Translations under genes and position numbers: made by a program
Notes under the pieces: model-generated
Databases searched by the model: none
The model's input: the letters and a program-made list of their open reading frames with translations, nothing else
Told to the model about the DNA's origin: nothing
Assembly (NCBI GenBank): GCA_026390575.1
Contig: JAPLFR010000016.1
Span: 534,737-598,736, forward strand
Direction of reading: 5' to 3'
Source of the DNA: Ignavibacteriales bacterium
GTDB taxonomy: Bacteria > Bacteroidota > Ignavibacteria > UBA10030
Length of the DNA stretch: 64,000 bases
Shown here: in pieces, positions 49,301-59,245 of the stretch
How the letters are laid out: every line of letters begins with the position of its first letter
Numbering within the stretch: position 1 is the first letter of the stretch

Positions 49301-50026
49301 GTGAGCACGACCATGAACAGAATGAATGTCCATTATTTTCAGCATGTTCCCTTCGAAGGCTTGGGAAGCATAGAGCTATGGATGAAGGCGAAGCCCGCCA
49401 AAATTTCTATAACAAAATTTTATAAGGATATCACTTATCCAAGTATTCGCGAAATCGATTGGCTTATCATTATGGGCGGGCCCATGAGTGCGAATGACGA
49501 GCAAACGTATCCGTGGCTGCGAGCGGAGAAGAAATTCATTGCTGAGGCAATTGCAGACGGAAAGAATGTTCTCGGTGTGTGTCTTGGTGCCCAGTTAATC
49601 GCATGTGCCCTCGGAGCCAAAGTATATCCGAATCGGGACCGGGAAATTGGCTGGTTCCCTATTGAGTCTTTAGTACAGAGGAAAAATACAAACCTAAAAA
49701 ACATTTTTCCTTCGCATTTGGAAGTTTTTCATTGGCATGGTGAGACATTTGATCTCCCGGCACATGCTGTTCACCTTGCACGGAGCGAAGGTTGCGACAA
49801 TCAAGCTTTCTCTATCGGTGAACGTGTTTTGGGATTGCAATTTCATCTTGAAGTTACACCGCTCACTATCAAGTCGTTGACAGAACAATGTCAGAACGAT
49901 CTTGTCCCCGGACGTTATGTGCAGTCCGCTGCCGAGATGCTTTCTGTTCCTTCAAGATTTCATCGCATGAACAGCGTCATGGATTCTCTTCTTGATCATT
50001 GGAACAATTTTGAATCCAAACCATAG
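49301..50026 (+). CDS. Class-I glutamine amidotransferase-like protein
   Basis: 241 aa. VLGVCLGAQL catalytic Cys context. HWHGETFDLP His region. Confidence 0.7.
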   Translation: MSTTMNRMNVHYFQHVPFEGLGSIELWMKAKPAKISITKFYKDITYPSIREIDWLIIMGGPMSANDEQTYPWLRAEKKFIAEAIADGKNVLGVCLGAQLIACALGAKVYPNRDREIGWFPIESLVQRKNTNLKNIFPSHLEVFHWHGETFDLPAHAVHLARSEGCDNQAFSIGERVLGLQFHLEVTPLTIKSLTEQCQNDLVPGRYVQSAAEMLSVPSRFHRMNSVMDSLLDHWNNFESKP

Positions 50027-50362
50027 TTGCTATGAAATCGCAACATGGTACTTTAACCATTTACCACATATTAATTATTTTTGCTTTTCTATTCTCCATT
50101 CACCGATTCGTTTCTCTTAGTTACCGAAATCGCTGAAATTATTTTCTCGTTATTATGTATGTTGGATCAACAAGATTAAAACAACTCTTGTGTAACTATA
50201 TATCATTTCACTCTTGTACCGTCTGTGGGACTGTAACTTTTTCGACTCAACGTTCGTTTTAGGTAACAATACCAAATGCATTTGATTCAATCCTGAACGA
50301 ACCTGCTGAATTTTTGCATTTTATTAACGTGTTTTTACTGAATCTAACATCGGCCAAAAATT

Positions 50363-52879
50363 ATGAAATCTATCGCATTTGTCATATTCGCCTGCCTTAG
50401 TGTATCCCAACTCTTCGCACAACCGTTTAAAGGTGACATCGTTGGACGTGTTTTAGATGGAAAAACTCAGGAACCCTTGCCTGTTGTCAACGTACAGATT
50501 GTGGAACAACCAACCTTTGGTACTGTCTCGGACACCTCCGGAAATTTCACTATCAAAGGAATTGAAGTCGGCACATACAGCCTCAAAGCAACTCTTGTTG
50601 GATATGAAGGTATCATTGTAACGAACATTGTGGTGTCCACCGGACGCAGCACAAAAATCTCCATCAAGCTCAACGAACAGGCGGTACAAGTTGGCGGTGT
50701 AACAGTGAACGCGACATACTTCAGCCGCAACAATGAATTAAGTCCACTGAGTGTAAATAATTATGACCGTGCCGAAGTGAAGCGTCAGCCGGGTTCGGTG
50801 CAGGATGTCCAGCGTGTCGTGCAGAATCTACCCGGTGTCGCAAGTTCAAATGACAACATGAATGAATTGATCGTTCGAGGTGGTTCTCCCAGCGAAAACC
50901 TTACTATTCTGGAATCTATGGAAATCCCCTCCATCAACCATTATCCCAATGAATTTAATTCCGCGGGTCCGATCAACATGATTAATATCGATCTCGTGGA
51001 AGATGTACAATTTTCCGCCGGCGGATTTCCGGCCCAGTATGGCGACAAAACATCTTCTGTCATGGATATCACGATTCGTGAAGGAGACAGGGAAAAAGGT
51101 TTTGCATCTAATACCGGATTCAATATGGCCGGAATTGGCACCTTAATGGAAGGGCGGTTAGCCAATGGTAGGGGCTCGTGGATCTTCTCCGCTCGTCAGA
51201 GTTTACTGGAATTTATAGATAAACTTTTTGGTATGTCCGTTATTTCGTTAACAGCTATTCCCAAATATTGGGATGCGCAAACAAAAATTGTGTACGACCT
51301 CTCTCCCAATCATAAATTGTCATTGAATGGTCTTTATGGTGACAGTAAAATCTATATCGAAGGAGATCCAAAGGAGGAAAAAACATACTTAGCAAATCAA
51401 ACATATTCATCCAGTATTGAATTTGTCGATGTCCACAGCAAGCAGTATGTTCTCGGTGTGAATTTAAAAAGTCTGTGGGGGAAAGATGGATATTCAATTC
51501 TCTCCTTATATACAAACGGTACTCAAAACAATACAGATGTCCGGGAAGATTTTATTCAGCATACCTACGGATCACAAGGCGAGGTAGTCAATTATAAAAC
51601 TCTCTCTTCTCGCGATGTATTCGATGATCATTCCGATGAAGCATTCTATGCACTGAAATATGAACTATTCTATCGCATCCATCCAAAACACGAGTTGATG
51701 ATGGGCGGTCAGATTCAGACAACTAACCATTGGACCGGCATGACAAAATTCGGCGGAGATACCATTCGATATGACAGAAATATGGACGGCCGTTTTGATA
51801 CAATAGTAACAACTTATCCTGGTTCTATCGGAACTGACTTAAAATTCGGCGATGCAAGCAGAACATATGCATATATCAGCGACAAATATCATATTACACC
51901 CGAGCTGTATATTACACTTGGATTACGGTACGATTATTTTTCCTATTCCCAACAAGGGCAAATTAGTCCTCGCGGCTGCATAGCCTATGAACTTCTTCCA
52001 ACGACAACGCTCTCGCTTGCGCTCGGACAATACTGGCAAGAACAACCACTTCCCTATTACAGTGATTATCGAAACATCGGATATAATAAACATCTTGCCA
52101 ATGCTGAAGCTGATCATATTGTGCTCGGCCTTCAGCATATTCTGGACGACGGAATAAAGTTGAGCGTGGAGACATACTATAAAAAGTTTAAGAATATTGG
52201 TGTCACGGAAAATTTTATTCGTTCTTTTCTCGATTCGACTTTTTGGTCCGATAAGAACTTTGCACTCGGTAAAAGGACTTCGTACGGTTTAGAATTTCTC
52301 CTTCAGAAAAAACAGGTTACAAATTACTATGGAACGGTCAGCGTTTCACTTTCGAAAACAGTTGATGATGATCCGCGATTGGGAAAAGAAGGCGGAACGT
52401 ATCCTTCTCAATATGATTACCCCGTCATTATCAATCTCGTCGGAGGCAAGATTGTAAAAGGAGTTCGCTCATGGCTCGACAATCAAATATTCTTTATCAA
52501 ATATCCATCGTACATTTTACCATTCTCCGACGAAATGGAAATCAGCTTTAAATATCGGTACCAGACAGGTGGCCCATATACTCCTCGAGAGCGCACTACT
52601 TTTAGACAATACCGAGAAGGGGGAGTCAAGTGGTCACAATATAGTTGGCTTGCATCGAACGATATCAACTCAGCTCGATACCCTGATTACAGTAGGTTGG
52701 ATATCGAATGGATCAGCCGGTTTTACATGCAGAATTGGAACATCAATGTGTATATCGCCCTTATGAATGTATTTGACACAAAAAATGTCTTCTTTTATAA
52801 TTACCGCAGTGATGGTACTGTTGGAGTAACATATCAGTTCGGCTTTTTCCCTGTCGGAGGTATCGAGATAGAATTTTAA
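50363..52879 (+). CDS. TonB-dependent outer-membrane receptor (CarboxypepD_reg + plug + barrel)
   Basis: 838 aa. Signal peptide. N-terminal carboxypeptidase-regulatory-like domain (GRVLDGKTQEPLPVVNVQI). Plug motifs. C-terminal ...GGIEIEF aromatic terminus. Confidence 0.8.
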   Translation: MKSIAFVIFACLSVSQLFAQPFKGDIVGRVLDGKTQEPLPVVNVQIVEQPTFGTVSDTSGNFTIKGIEVGTYSLKATLVGYEGIIVTNIVVSTGRSTKISIKLNEQAVQVGGVTVNATYFSRNNELSPLSVNNYDRAEVKRQPGSVQDVQRVVQNLPGVASSNDNMNELIVRGGSPSENLTILESMEIPSINHYPNEFNSAGPINMINIDLVEDVQFSAGGFPAQYGDKTSSVMDITIREGDREKGFASNTGFNMAGIGTLMEGRLANGRGSWIFSARQSLLEFIDKLFGMSVISLTAIPKYWDAQTKIVYDLSPNHKLSLNGLYGDSKIYIEGDPKEEKTYLANQTYSSSIEFVDVHSKQYVLGVNLKSLWGKDGYSILSLYTNGTQNNTDVREDFIQHTYGSQGEVVNYKTLSSRDVFDDHSDEAFYALKYELFYRIHPKHELMMGGQIQTTNHWTGMTKFGGDTIRYDRNMDGRFDTIVTTYPGSIGTDLKFGDASRTYAYISDKYHITPELYITLGLRYDYFSYSQQGQISPRGCIAYELLPTTTLSLALGQYWQEQPLPYYSDYRNIGYNKHLANAEADHIVLGLQHILDDGIKLSVETYYKKFKNIGVTENFIRSFLDSTFWSDKNFALGKRTSYGLEFLLQKKQVTNYYGTVSVSLSKTVDDDPRLGKEGGTYPSQYDYPVIINLVGGKIVKGVRSWLDNQIFFIKYPSYILPFSDEMEISFKYRYQTGGPYTPRERTTFRQYREGGVKWSQYSWLASNDINSARYPDYSRLDIEWISRFYMQNWNINVYIALMNVFDTKNVFFYNYRSDGTVGVTYQFGFFPVGGIEIEF

Positions 52880-52990
52880 AAAAACCTATTTGACCGGGAG
52901 AACATTTCCTGCCATATTAGAGAAAATAGAAGTGATCGTGGAAAAATCGTCGGCCGCTTCATCTATAATATCATTAAACAGGAAATCGGT

Positions 52991-53788
52991 TTGCCCGGCA
53001 GAATATTTGTAATCGCAGTTCTTTTTGTGCTGTATCTCGCACCACCAACCTTTGCACAATCCGCAGTGCCGATCATGGCAGATTCCTCTCATTCTTCTCA
53101 ATTGAATATGTACATCGGCATTGGCGGTGCTGTGCTTTTGACTGCTGTGATGTTTCAGTACGATCAGCAGATTTATGACGATCTGTATAGTTGGAAGATG
53201 AACAATCCAGCGATAAAAAAGGTCAGTCCGATTATTACTGATCTTGGTGATGGATCGGTTTCGATGGGATTATTCGGAGGATTTGTCGGATATGGATTGA
53301 TCTTCAAGGATAAGAAGGCTTTTGAAGTCGGAAAAATCGGTCTTGAATCATTTCTTCTTACCGGCGTGACCGTTCAATTGTTCAAACATCTCTGCGGCCG
53401 CGAGCGCCCAAGTGCTGCAACACGTGACGGCGGATTTTGGCATGGGCCATTTTCGTATATACGTGAGCCGAAAGGAGGTAAAGGAATTTCTTCGTTCGAC
53501 GCTTTTCCGTCCGGACATACTGTAACAGGATTTGCTGCTGCCACGACTATTTCAGATTTTTACACAGAACCATGGGTTTCTTACACATGTTATTCCCTCG
53601 CTTCATTCGTTGCTATTAGCAGAGTGATGGAAAGTACACATTGGTTGAGTGATTGCTTTGTTGGAGCACTCATTGGGCACTATGGCACAAAATTGGTTGA
53701 GAAATTAAATTATGGTTCCGGCAGTATCACACTTTTACCGCAAGCAGATGAACACCAATACGGATTACTCCTTAGCGTGAAGTTTTAG
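52991..53788 (+). CDS. PAP2-family phosphatase (copy 1)
   Basis: KHLCGRERPS, PSGH, SRVMESTHWLSD. These are the three PAP2 signature motifs. Confidence 0.75.
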   Translation: MPGRIFVIAVLFVLYLAPPTFAQSAVPIMADSSHSSQLNMYIGIGGAVLLTAVMFQYDQQIYDDLYSWKMNNPAIKKVSPIITDLGDGSVSMGLFGGFVGYGLIFKDKKAFEVGKIGLESFLLTGVTVQLFKHLCGRERPSAATRDGGFWHGPFSYIREPKGGKGISSFDAFPSGHTVTGFAAATTISDFYTEPWVSYTCYSLASFVAISRVMESTHWLSDCFVGALIGHYGTKLVEKLNYGSGSITLLPQADEHQYGLLLSVKF

Positions 53789-53797
53789 AAGGATAGT

Positions 53798-54709
53798 ATG
53801 AAGCAATTTCTTTTTCCCGCAATTCTTTTTCTCAGTGTAGTCATCTTTAGTTCCCGCAAGAGCCAAGCACAAGAAACACAAAATTTCTCTACGCCCGATT
53901 CAATGTCCATGTTCAATAAAGTTGATTTAGAAAATGTTCAATGGTATACAATGTTTGCGAACATTCCGCGCGACTGGGAGCGCTGGTATGATGTTTCTTT
54001 CCGGAAAGAGCGCATCAATGAATGGCTTTTCATCGGAGGGCTAACGCTTGCAACGTATCTGACCGATGATATCACGTATACACCGTCAGAAAAATTTTAT
54101 CACAGTTCAACATCAGCAAAAAATCTGAGCGATTTCTGTGCGAACATCGGCGATGGCACAACGCAGTTTGCGCTTGCCGGATCATTTGGTGCTTATGGTC
54201 TCCTCTTCAAAGATCAGAAAGCGCTGCGCACAGGCAGTCAGATTGTACAGGCCGTCCTCGCCTCCGGAGCAGTCATACAAGTGCTCAAACATATTACCGG
54301 CCGCGAAAGTCCGTTTGTACGCACGACACCGTTCGGAGTGTGGAAAATTCTGCCAAATCAAATTGATTATCATCGCAGGGTACCTCAATTCGACGCGTAT
54401 CCATCCGGACATATCTGTACATCTATTGCTACCGTTATTGTCATTGCAGAAAATTATCCGGGCGCAAAATGGATTCGTCCAGCGGGATATGCATTCACCA
54501 CACTTGTTGGACTTGGTATGCTCAGCAACGGCATTCACTGGGTGAGTGATTACCCTCTCGGATTGTTCATTGGATATTATTTTGGAATGCTTGCCGCACA
54601 CCCGGAAGGAATGCCGGTCATGGATTCCGGAGATGGAAAACTAAAAGTGCATATCCTTCCAAATATCACACCACTCGGAACAGGTGTCAGCCTGACTATG
54701 AGTTTTTGA
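53798..54709 (+). CDS. PAP2-family phosphatase (copy 2, tandem paralog)
   Basis: KHITGRESP, PSGH, SNGIHWVSD. Confidence 0.75.
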   Translation: MKQFLFPAILFLSVVIFSSRKSQAQETQNFSTPDSMSMFNKVDLENVQWYTMFANIPRDWERWYDVSFRKERINEWLFIGGLTLATYLTDDITYTPSEKFYHSSTSAKNLSDFCANIGDGTTQFALAGSFGAYGLLFKDQKALRTGSQIVQAVLASGAVIQVLKHITGRESPFVRTTPFGVWKILPNQIDYHRRVPQFDAYPSGHICTSIATVIVIAENYPGAKWIRPAGYAFTTLVGLGMLSNGIHWVSDYPLGLFIGYYFGMLAAHPEGMPVMDSGDGKLKVHILPNITPLGTGVSLTMSF

Positions 54710-54776
54710 TAGGGGAATCAAAAGGATAACATCTAACGTGAATTGAATTGATGTTACAAAAACTTTCCGTTATTAG

Positions 54777-54839
54777 CTGATAACTGATTGCTGATTACTG
54801 ATTACTTACAACTGATTACTGACTACTGACGACTGATTC
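54777..54839. repeat. Degenerate heptanucleotide tandem array (CTGATTA)x9
   Basis: ctgataa ctgattg ctgatta ctgatta cttacaa ctgatta ctgacta ctgacga ctgattc. It lies between the convergent PAP2 and ychF genes. The aacatc...gatgtt hairpin at 54730-54765 precedes it. Confidence 0.7.
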
Positions 54840-54848
54840 CTTTTTTCC

Positions 54849-55946
54849 TTACACATTAAACCGCACAAACATAACATCTCCATCTTCTATTATATAATCC
54901 CGCCCTTCAACATGAAGAAGACCAGCATCTCGAATGACAGCTTCAGAGCCGAGCCGATCCAAATCTGCACATTTAATAATTTCTGCTCGAATAAAGCCCT
55001 GTTCAAAGTCACTATGAATTTCTCCCGCCGCTTGCGGCGCGGTTACGCCTTGTTTCATAGTCCATGCGTGTACTTCTTTCGTACCGGCAGTAAAGAATGT
55101 AATCAGGTGCAATAACTCGTACCCTTCGTGGATAACCTTGCTCAATCCGGATTCCTGCAGTCCAAGTTCAGCAAGAAACGCTTGCCGGTCGCTTTCAGGC
55201 AACTGCGAGATTTCTGCTTCTACTGCCGCACTCGCAATCACAACTTTAGCATTTTCTATTGCGGCAACTTCGCGGACTTGATTCACGTACGTATTGTCGG
55301 CAGTCAATTCCTTCTCATGGACGTTGCAAAGATACATGACCGGTTTATTGGTCAGGAGGTGCATATCATGGAGATACAAAGACTCCTCCTCGCTCCTCGG
55401 CGTGATGTATCGCGCAAGTCTTCCGGCAAGCAGATGATTTTTGACCGCCGTACAAAATTCTTCTTCTGCCTTTACTTTCTTATCACCGGTTTTTGTACGC
55501 TTTTCAGCATCTGCTAGTTTTTTCTCAACGGTCTCAACATCTTTCAAAATCAATTCTGTTTCGATAACTTCAATATCGTATTTTGGATTAATCGCACCGT
55601 TGACATGAATGATATTTGGATCATCGAAACATCGGACAACATGCACGACAGCATCTACCATCCTGATATGCGAGAGGAACTGGTTGCCTAATCCTTCGCC
55701 TTTGCTTGCACCCTTCACAAGACCGGCAATATCGAGAAACTCAAGCGTTGTTGGAACAACTTTTTGCGGTGTATAAATTTCCGCTAATTGCTCCAATCGG
55801 CGATCAGGCACAGGAACTACTCCGACATTTGGGTCTATGGTACAAAATGGATAGTTGGCAACATGAGCACCAGCCGCTGTGATTGCGTTAAACAATGTTG
55901 ACTTGCCAACGTTCGGCAGTCCCACTATTCCACATGTAAATCCCAT
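54849..55946 (-). CDS. ychF: Ribosome-binding ATPase YchF
   Basis: Start set at MGFTCGIVGLPNVGKSTLFNA (Walker A), giving 365 aa. C-terminal TGS domain. The ORF track adds an 84-aa upstream extension that is not supported. Confidence 0.85.
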   Translation of the reverse strand: MGFTCGIVGLPNVGKSTLFNAITAAGAHVANYPFCTIDPNVGVVPVPDRRLEQLAEIYTPQKVVPTTLEFLDIAGLVKGASKGEGLGNQFLSHIRMVDAVVHVVRCFDDPNIIHVNGAINPKYDIEVIETELILKDVETVEKKLADAEKRTKTGDKKVKAEEEFCTAVKNHLLAGRLARYITPRSEEESLYLHDMHLLTNKPVMYLCNVHEKELTADNTYVNQVREVAAIENAKVVIASAAVEAEISQLPESDRQAFLAELGLQESGLSKVIHEGYELLHLITFFTAGTKEVHAWTMKQGVTAPQAAGEIHSDFEQGFIRAEIIKCADLDRLGSEAVIRDAGLLHVEGRDYIIEDGDVMFVRFNV

Positions 55947-56095
55947 GTTTTTGTTCCTCGTGACAAATAAAAGATAGCCAACGGTTTCCTGCAAACCAAG
56001 AGGGGTTCTGAAATGTGAATAATTTTTCACTTGCATAATTATCCATTTTACGGTATATTCATACAATTCTAAAATGAATGAGGTAGAGTGAATAT

Positions 56096-57112
56096 ATGAT
56101 TTCTGTTTCTGTTGTTGGTGCATCAGGGTATTCGGGTATTGAACTTTTAAAGATCCTCGCTCGGCATCCCGGCGTGCGGATAGACAAACTCTTTGCAAAT
56201 TCTTCCGCAGGCAAACTTCTTGCCGATGTCGTACCCGTGTTCAGTAAAACATTAGACAGAGTGCTTGAGCCGTACTCTATTGATAAAATATTAAAGAACG
56301 ATCTCATTTTTGTCGCACTTCCATCAGGCGAAGCGATGAATCTTGTGCCGGCGATGCTTTCTGCAGGAAAACGGGTCATTGACCTCGGCGGCGACTTCCG
56401 CTTACAAGATACATTATTGTACGAACGGTACTATAAACGAACCCACTCCGCAAGCGCAATTTTACAACAATCTGTGTACGGATTGCCGGAATGGAATTCT
56501 CCACAGATCAAATCGGCATCTCTTATCGCTAATCCAGGGTGCTATCCAACAAGCGCCATCCTTCCGCTTGCTCCTTTGTTGAAAGAAGGCATAATTGAAC
56601 CAACTGGCATTGCTGTCAGTTCCCTCTCGGGTGTCTCCGGCGCCGGACGCAGTTCCTCAATCGAGATGTCGTTTGGTGAGGTGAACGAATCGGTACGTGC
56701 ATACAAAGTCGGCACGCATCAACACATTCCGGAAATTAAAACGGTATTGGAATCACTTTCCAACACGCAAGTGAAGTTCTCGTTTGTGCCTCATCTTCTT
56801 CCCATCACACGCGGCATTTTTACTTCATCGTATGCAACATTGAAAAAGCCCGTGCAGGAACAGACAATTCTTGCGGTCTATGAAAAATATTACGCAACAG
56901 CGCCTTTCGTTCGCTACTCGGCATCGGCAATTCCGGAGATTAAAAATGTTACGCACACCAATTTCATCGATATAGGTTTCCGTATCAATCAAGAAGATGG
57001 ACAGCTCATTGTTCTTTCTACGATCGACAATCTCATAAAAGGCGCAGCGGGACAAGCTGTGCAAAACATGAATATCATGTTTGGACTCAATGAAACAGAA
57101 GGGTTACAATAA
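56096..57112 (+). CDS. argC: N-acetyl-gamma-glutamyl-phosphate reductase
   Basis: 338 aa. VVGASGYSG N-terminus. Catalytic Cys region ANPGCYPTS. Confidence 0.9.
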   Translation: MISVSVVGASGYSGIELLKILARHPGVRIDKLFANSSAGKLLADVVPVFSKTLDRVLEPYSIDKILKNDLIFVALPSGEAMNLVPAMLSAGKRVIDLGGDFRLQDTLLYERYYKRTHSASAILQQSVYGLPEWNSPQIKSASLIANPGCYPTSAILPLAPLLKEGIIEPTGIAVSSLSGVSGAGRSSSIEMSFGEVNESVRAYKVGTHQHIPEIKTVLESLSNTQVKFSFVPHLLPITRGIFTSSYATLKKPVQEQTILAVYEKYYATAPFVRYSASAIPEIKNVTHTNFIDIGFRINQEDGQLIVLSTIDNLIKGAAGQAVQNMNIMFGLNETEGLQ

Positions 57113-58329
57113 TGGAAATTGATGCATCTCAAGAATGCACCGGCGGTGTAACAGCTGCACAAGGATTTATTGCCGGCGGAATTTATTGCGGTATTCGTAA
57201 AGCAAAAAAGGATCTCGCTATTGTGCAGTCGGAGAAACCGGCAGTGGTTGCCGGTGTTTTTACACTGAACAAGGTCGTTGCTGCACCTCTGTTGGTTGAT
57301 AAAATTCAGCTCAAGAATTCAAATATCTGCTCAGCGGTCGTTGTCAACAGCGGCAATGCCAACGCATGCACGGGTGAGCAGGGAATGCAAGACGCGTGGA
57401 CAATGGTCAATACAACCGCCGAGGTTCTTCATCTGCCGCGTGAGCAAGTGCTCGTCTCTTCCACCGGTGTCATCGGACAATATCTTCCAATGGAAAATGT
57501 CTTGAATGGCATCCACGATCTTTCAACAAAACTTACTACAGATGGAAATAAAGATGCCGCGGAAGCGATCATGACAACGGATATTTTTCCTAAGGAATGC
57601 GCTTTGCGGTATTCCATCGGTTCTTCTGTTATCACAATTGGCGGAATGGCGAAAGGTTCCGGCATGATTGCGCCGAACATGGCAACAATGCTTGCGTTTG
57701 TTACCACCGACGCTTTCATCACGCCATCAGCGTTGCAGTCGGCGCTGCGCATTGCAAACAATCATTCTTTCAATCGCATTACCGTCGATGGAGATATGAG
57801 CACGAACGACATGCTGCTCGTGCTTGCTAATGGATTAGCGAAGAACGAAGAGATTAAGGAAAACACTCCTGCGTTTTACCGGTTTCTTGCCGCACTCGAA
57901 TACGTTCTCATCAAACTTGCAAAGATGATTGCTCGCGACGGTGAAGGCGCTACAAAATTCATAGAAGTTGTCGTGAGCGGAGCGGGAACGGAAGACGAAG
58001 CTGTACGAGCTGCACGAGCTGTAGCAAATTCCAATCTCGTCAAGACTGCGCTTCACGGCGCTGATGCAAACTGGGGACGTATTCTTTGCGCTGTCGGTTA
58101 CTCCGGCATTGATTTCGATCCGGCACATGTGTCGATTGGCTTTAACAATTTGCCCGTGTTGAAACCGAATTACGAAATTGTTCTTGATGAAGAAAAGGCA
58201 AAGGCGACGCTCTCACAGGATACTGTCACAGTGCAGATTCATCTGCACCAAGGCTCTGCGGAAGCGCGCTTCTGGACGTGCGACTTAACAAAAGAATATA
58301 TTCACATCAACGCAAGTTATCGTTCATAA
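57112..58329 (+). CDS. argJ: Bifunctional ornithine acetyltransferase / N-acetylglutamate synthase
   Basis: 405 aa. ATML self-cleavage region (APNMATMLAFVTTD). Start overlaps the argC stop (TAATG). Confidence 0.9.
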   Translation: MEIDASQECTGGVTAAQGFIAGGIYCGIRKAKKDLAIVQSEKPAVVAGVFTLNKVVAAPLLVDKIQLKNSNICSAVVVNSGNANACTGEQGMQDAWTMVNTTAEVLHLPREQVLVSSTGVIGQYLPMENVLNGIHDLSTKLTTDGNKDAAEAIMTTDIFPKECALRYSIGSSVITIGGMAKGSGMIAPNMATMLAFVTTDAFITPSALQSALRIANNHSFNRITVDGDMSTNDMLLVLANGLAKNEEIKENTPAFYRFLAALEYVLIKLAKMIARDGEGATKFIEVVVSGAGTEDEAVRAARAVANSNLVKTALHGADANWGRILCAVGYSGIDFDPAHVSIGFNNLPVLKPNYEIVLDEEKAKATLSQDTVTVQIHLHQGSAEARFWTCDLTKEYIHINASYRS

Positions 58330-58352
58330 TTGCGAATGAACTACAATTACTC

Positions 58353-58380
58353 CTGACAACTGAAAACTGATTACTGAGAA
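58353..58380. repeat. Second short array of the CTGAnnA heptad family (x4)
   Basis: ctgacaa ctgaaaa ctgatta ctgagaa in the argJ-argB intergenic region. Confidence 0.5.
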
Positions 58381-58385
58381 CTTGC

Positions 58386-59234
58386 ATGCCACACACCCAA
58401 ACTAAAGAAGACGTTCTTATTGAAGCGTTGCCGTACATTCAAACGTACGAAGGTAAAACATTCGTCATCAAATATGGCGGCGCGGCAATGAGAGACGAAC
58501 GACTCAAAGCCTCTTTTGCCCAGGATGTAACAATTCTCCGCAAGATCGGCATCAACATCATCATTGTGCACGGAGGTGGAAGAGATATTACCGATCTCGC
58601 TTCCGCATTGAACATTCCGACTCGTTTCGTCGACGGACAGCGTTATACCGACGAAAAAATGGTTGATGTAGTTCTCATGGTGCTGGCAGGAAAACTGAAT
58701 AAAGAAATTGTCAATCTCATCAATACAAACGGCGGCAATGCCGTTGGTCTTTGCGGTATGGATAATGGATTGCTCAAGGCACAGCGCATTACAGAAAAAG
58801 ATCTCGGTTTGGTTGGTGATGTGAGTTTTGTGAACACGGCCTTTTTAAATCTCCTTTTAAATAATGGAATGATGCCGGTCATTGCTCCCCTTGCTGTAGG
58901 AGAAGACAACAAAATACTGAACATCAATGCCGATCTGGCGGCGAGCGCCATAGCAATCGCATTGAAAGCAGAAAAACTTGTCTATCTGAGCGATATCGAA
59001 GGCGTGCTGGTGGATAAGCAGTTAATTTCATCTCTGACATATGCGGAAGCAGAATCGCTCATTGAACGCGGGGCAATTCACAGCGGAATGATTCCGAAAG
59101 TACGCTCAGCTTTTACCACGCTCGATGCTGGTGTCAATAAAGTTCACATTATTGATGGGCGCATTAAGCATTCACTTCTTCTGGAAATTTTCACCGACGA
59201 AGGTGTCGGGACCCAAATGATACATCCATCATAG
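58386..59234 (+). CDS. argB: Acetylglutamate kinase
   Basis: 282 aa. KYGGAAM...VHGGG amino-acid kinase family motifs. Confidence 0.9.
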   Translation: MPHTQTKEDVLIEALPYIQTYEGKTFVIKYGGAAMRDERLKASFAQDVTILRKIGINIIIVHGGGRDITDLASALNIPTRFVDGQRYTDEKMVDVVLMVLAGKLNKEIVNLINTNGGNAVGLCGMDNGLLKAQRITEKDLGLVGDVSFVNTAFLNLLLNNGMMPVIAPLAVGEDNKILNINADLAASAIAIALKAEKLVYLSDIEGVLVDKQLISSLTYAEAESLIERGAIHSGMIPKVRSAFTTLDAGVNKVHIIDGRIKHSLLLEIFTDEGVGTQMIHPS

Positions 59235-59245
59235 GGAATACGAAT

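Noticed and set aside
50027-50362. Riboswitch (cobalamin or TPP) in the 336-bp leader of the TonB-dependent receptor
   Set aside because: Neither the B12 box (GCCACTG) nor the TPP CUGAGA/ACCUGAUCUGGAUAAUGC core is present. Left unannotated.
56041-56095. Confident ARG-box annotation upstream of argC
   Set aside because: The TGAAT/ATTCA half-sites are present, but the orientation and spacing do not match the 18-bp tnTGAATwwwwATTCAnw consensus. Mentioned only as a possibility.
55947-56198. 84-codon N-terminal extension of the ychF ORF in the six-frame track (MQRVCLSARR...)
   Set aside because: YchF homologs start at the Walker-A region (MGFTCGIVGLPNVGKST). The extension has no similarity, has odd composition, and runs into the divergent argC promoter. 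The internal ATG is the real start.
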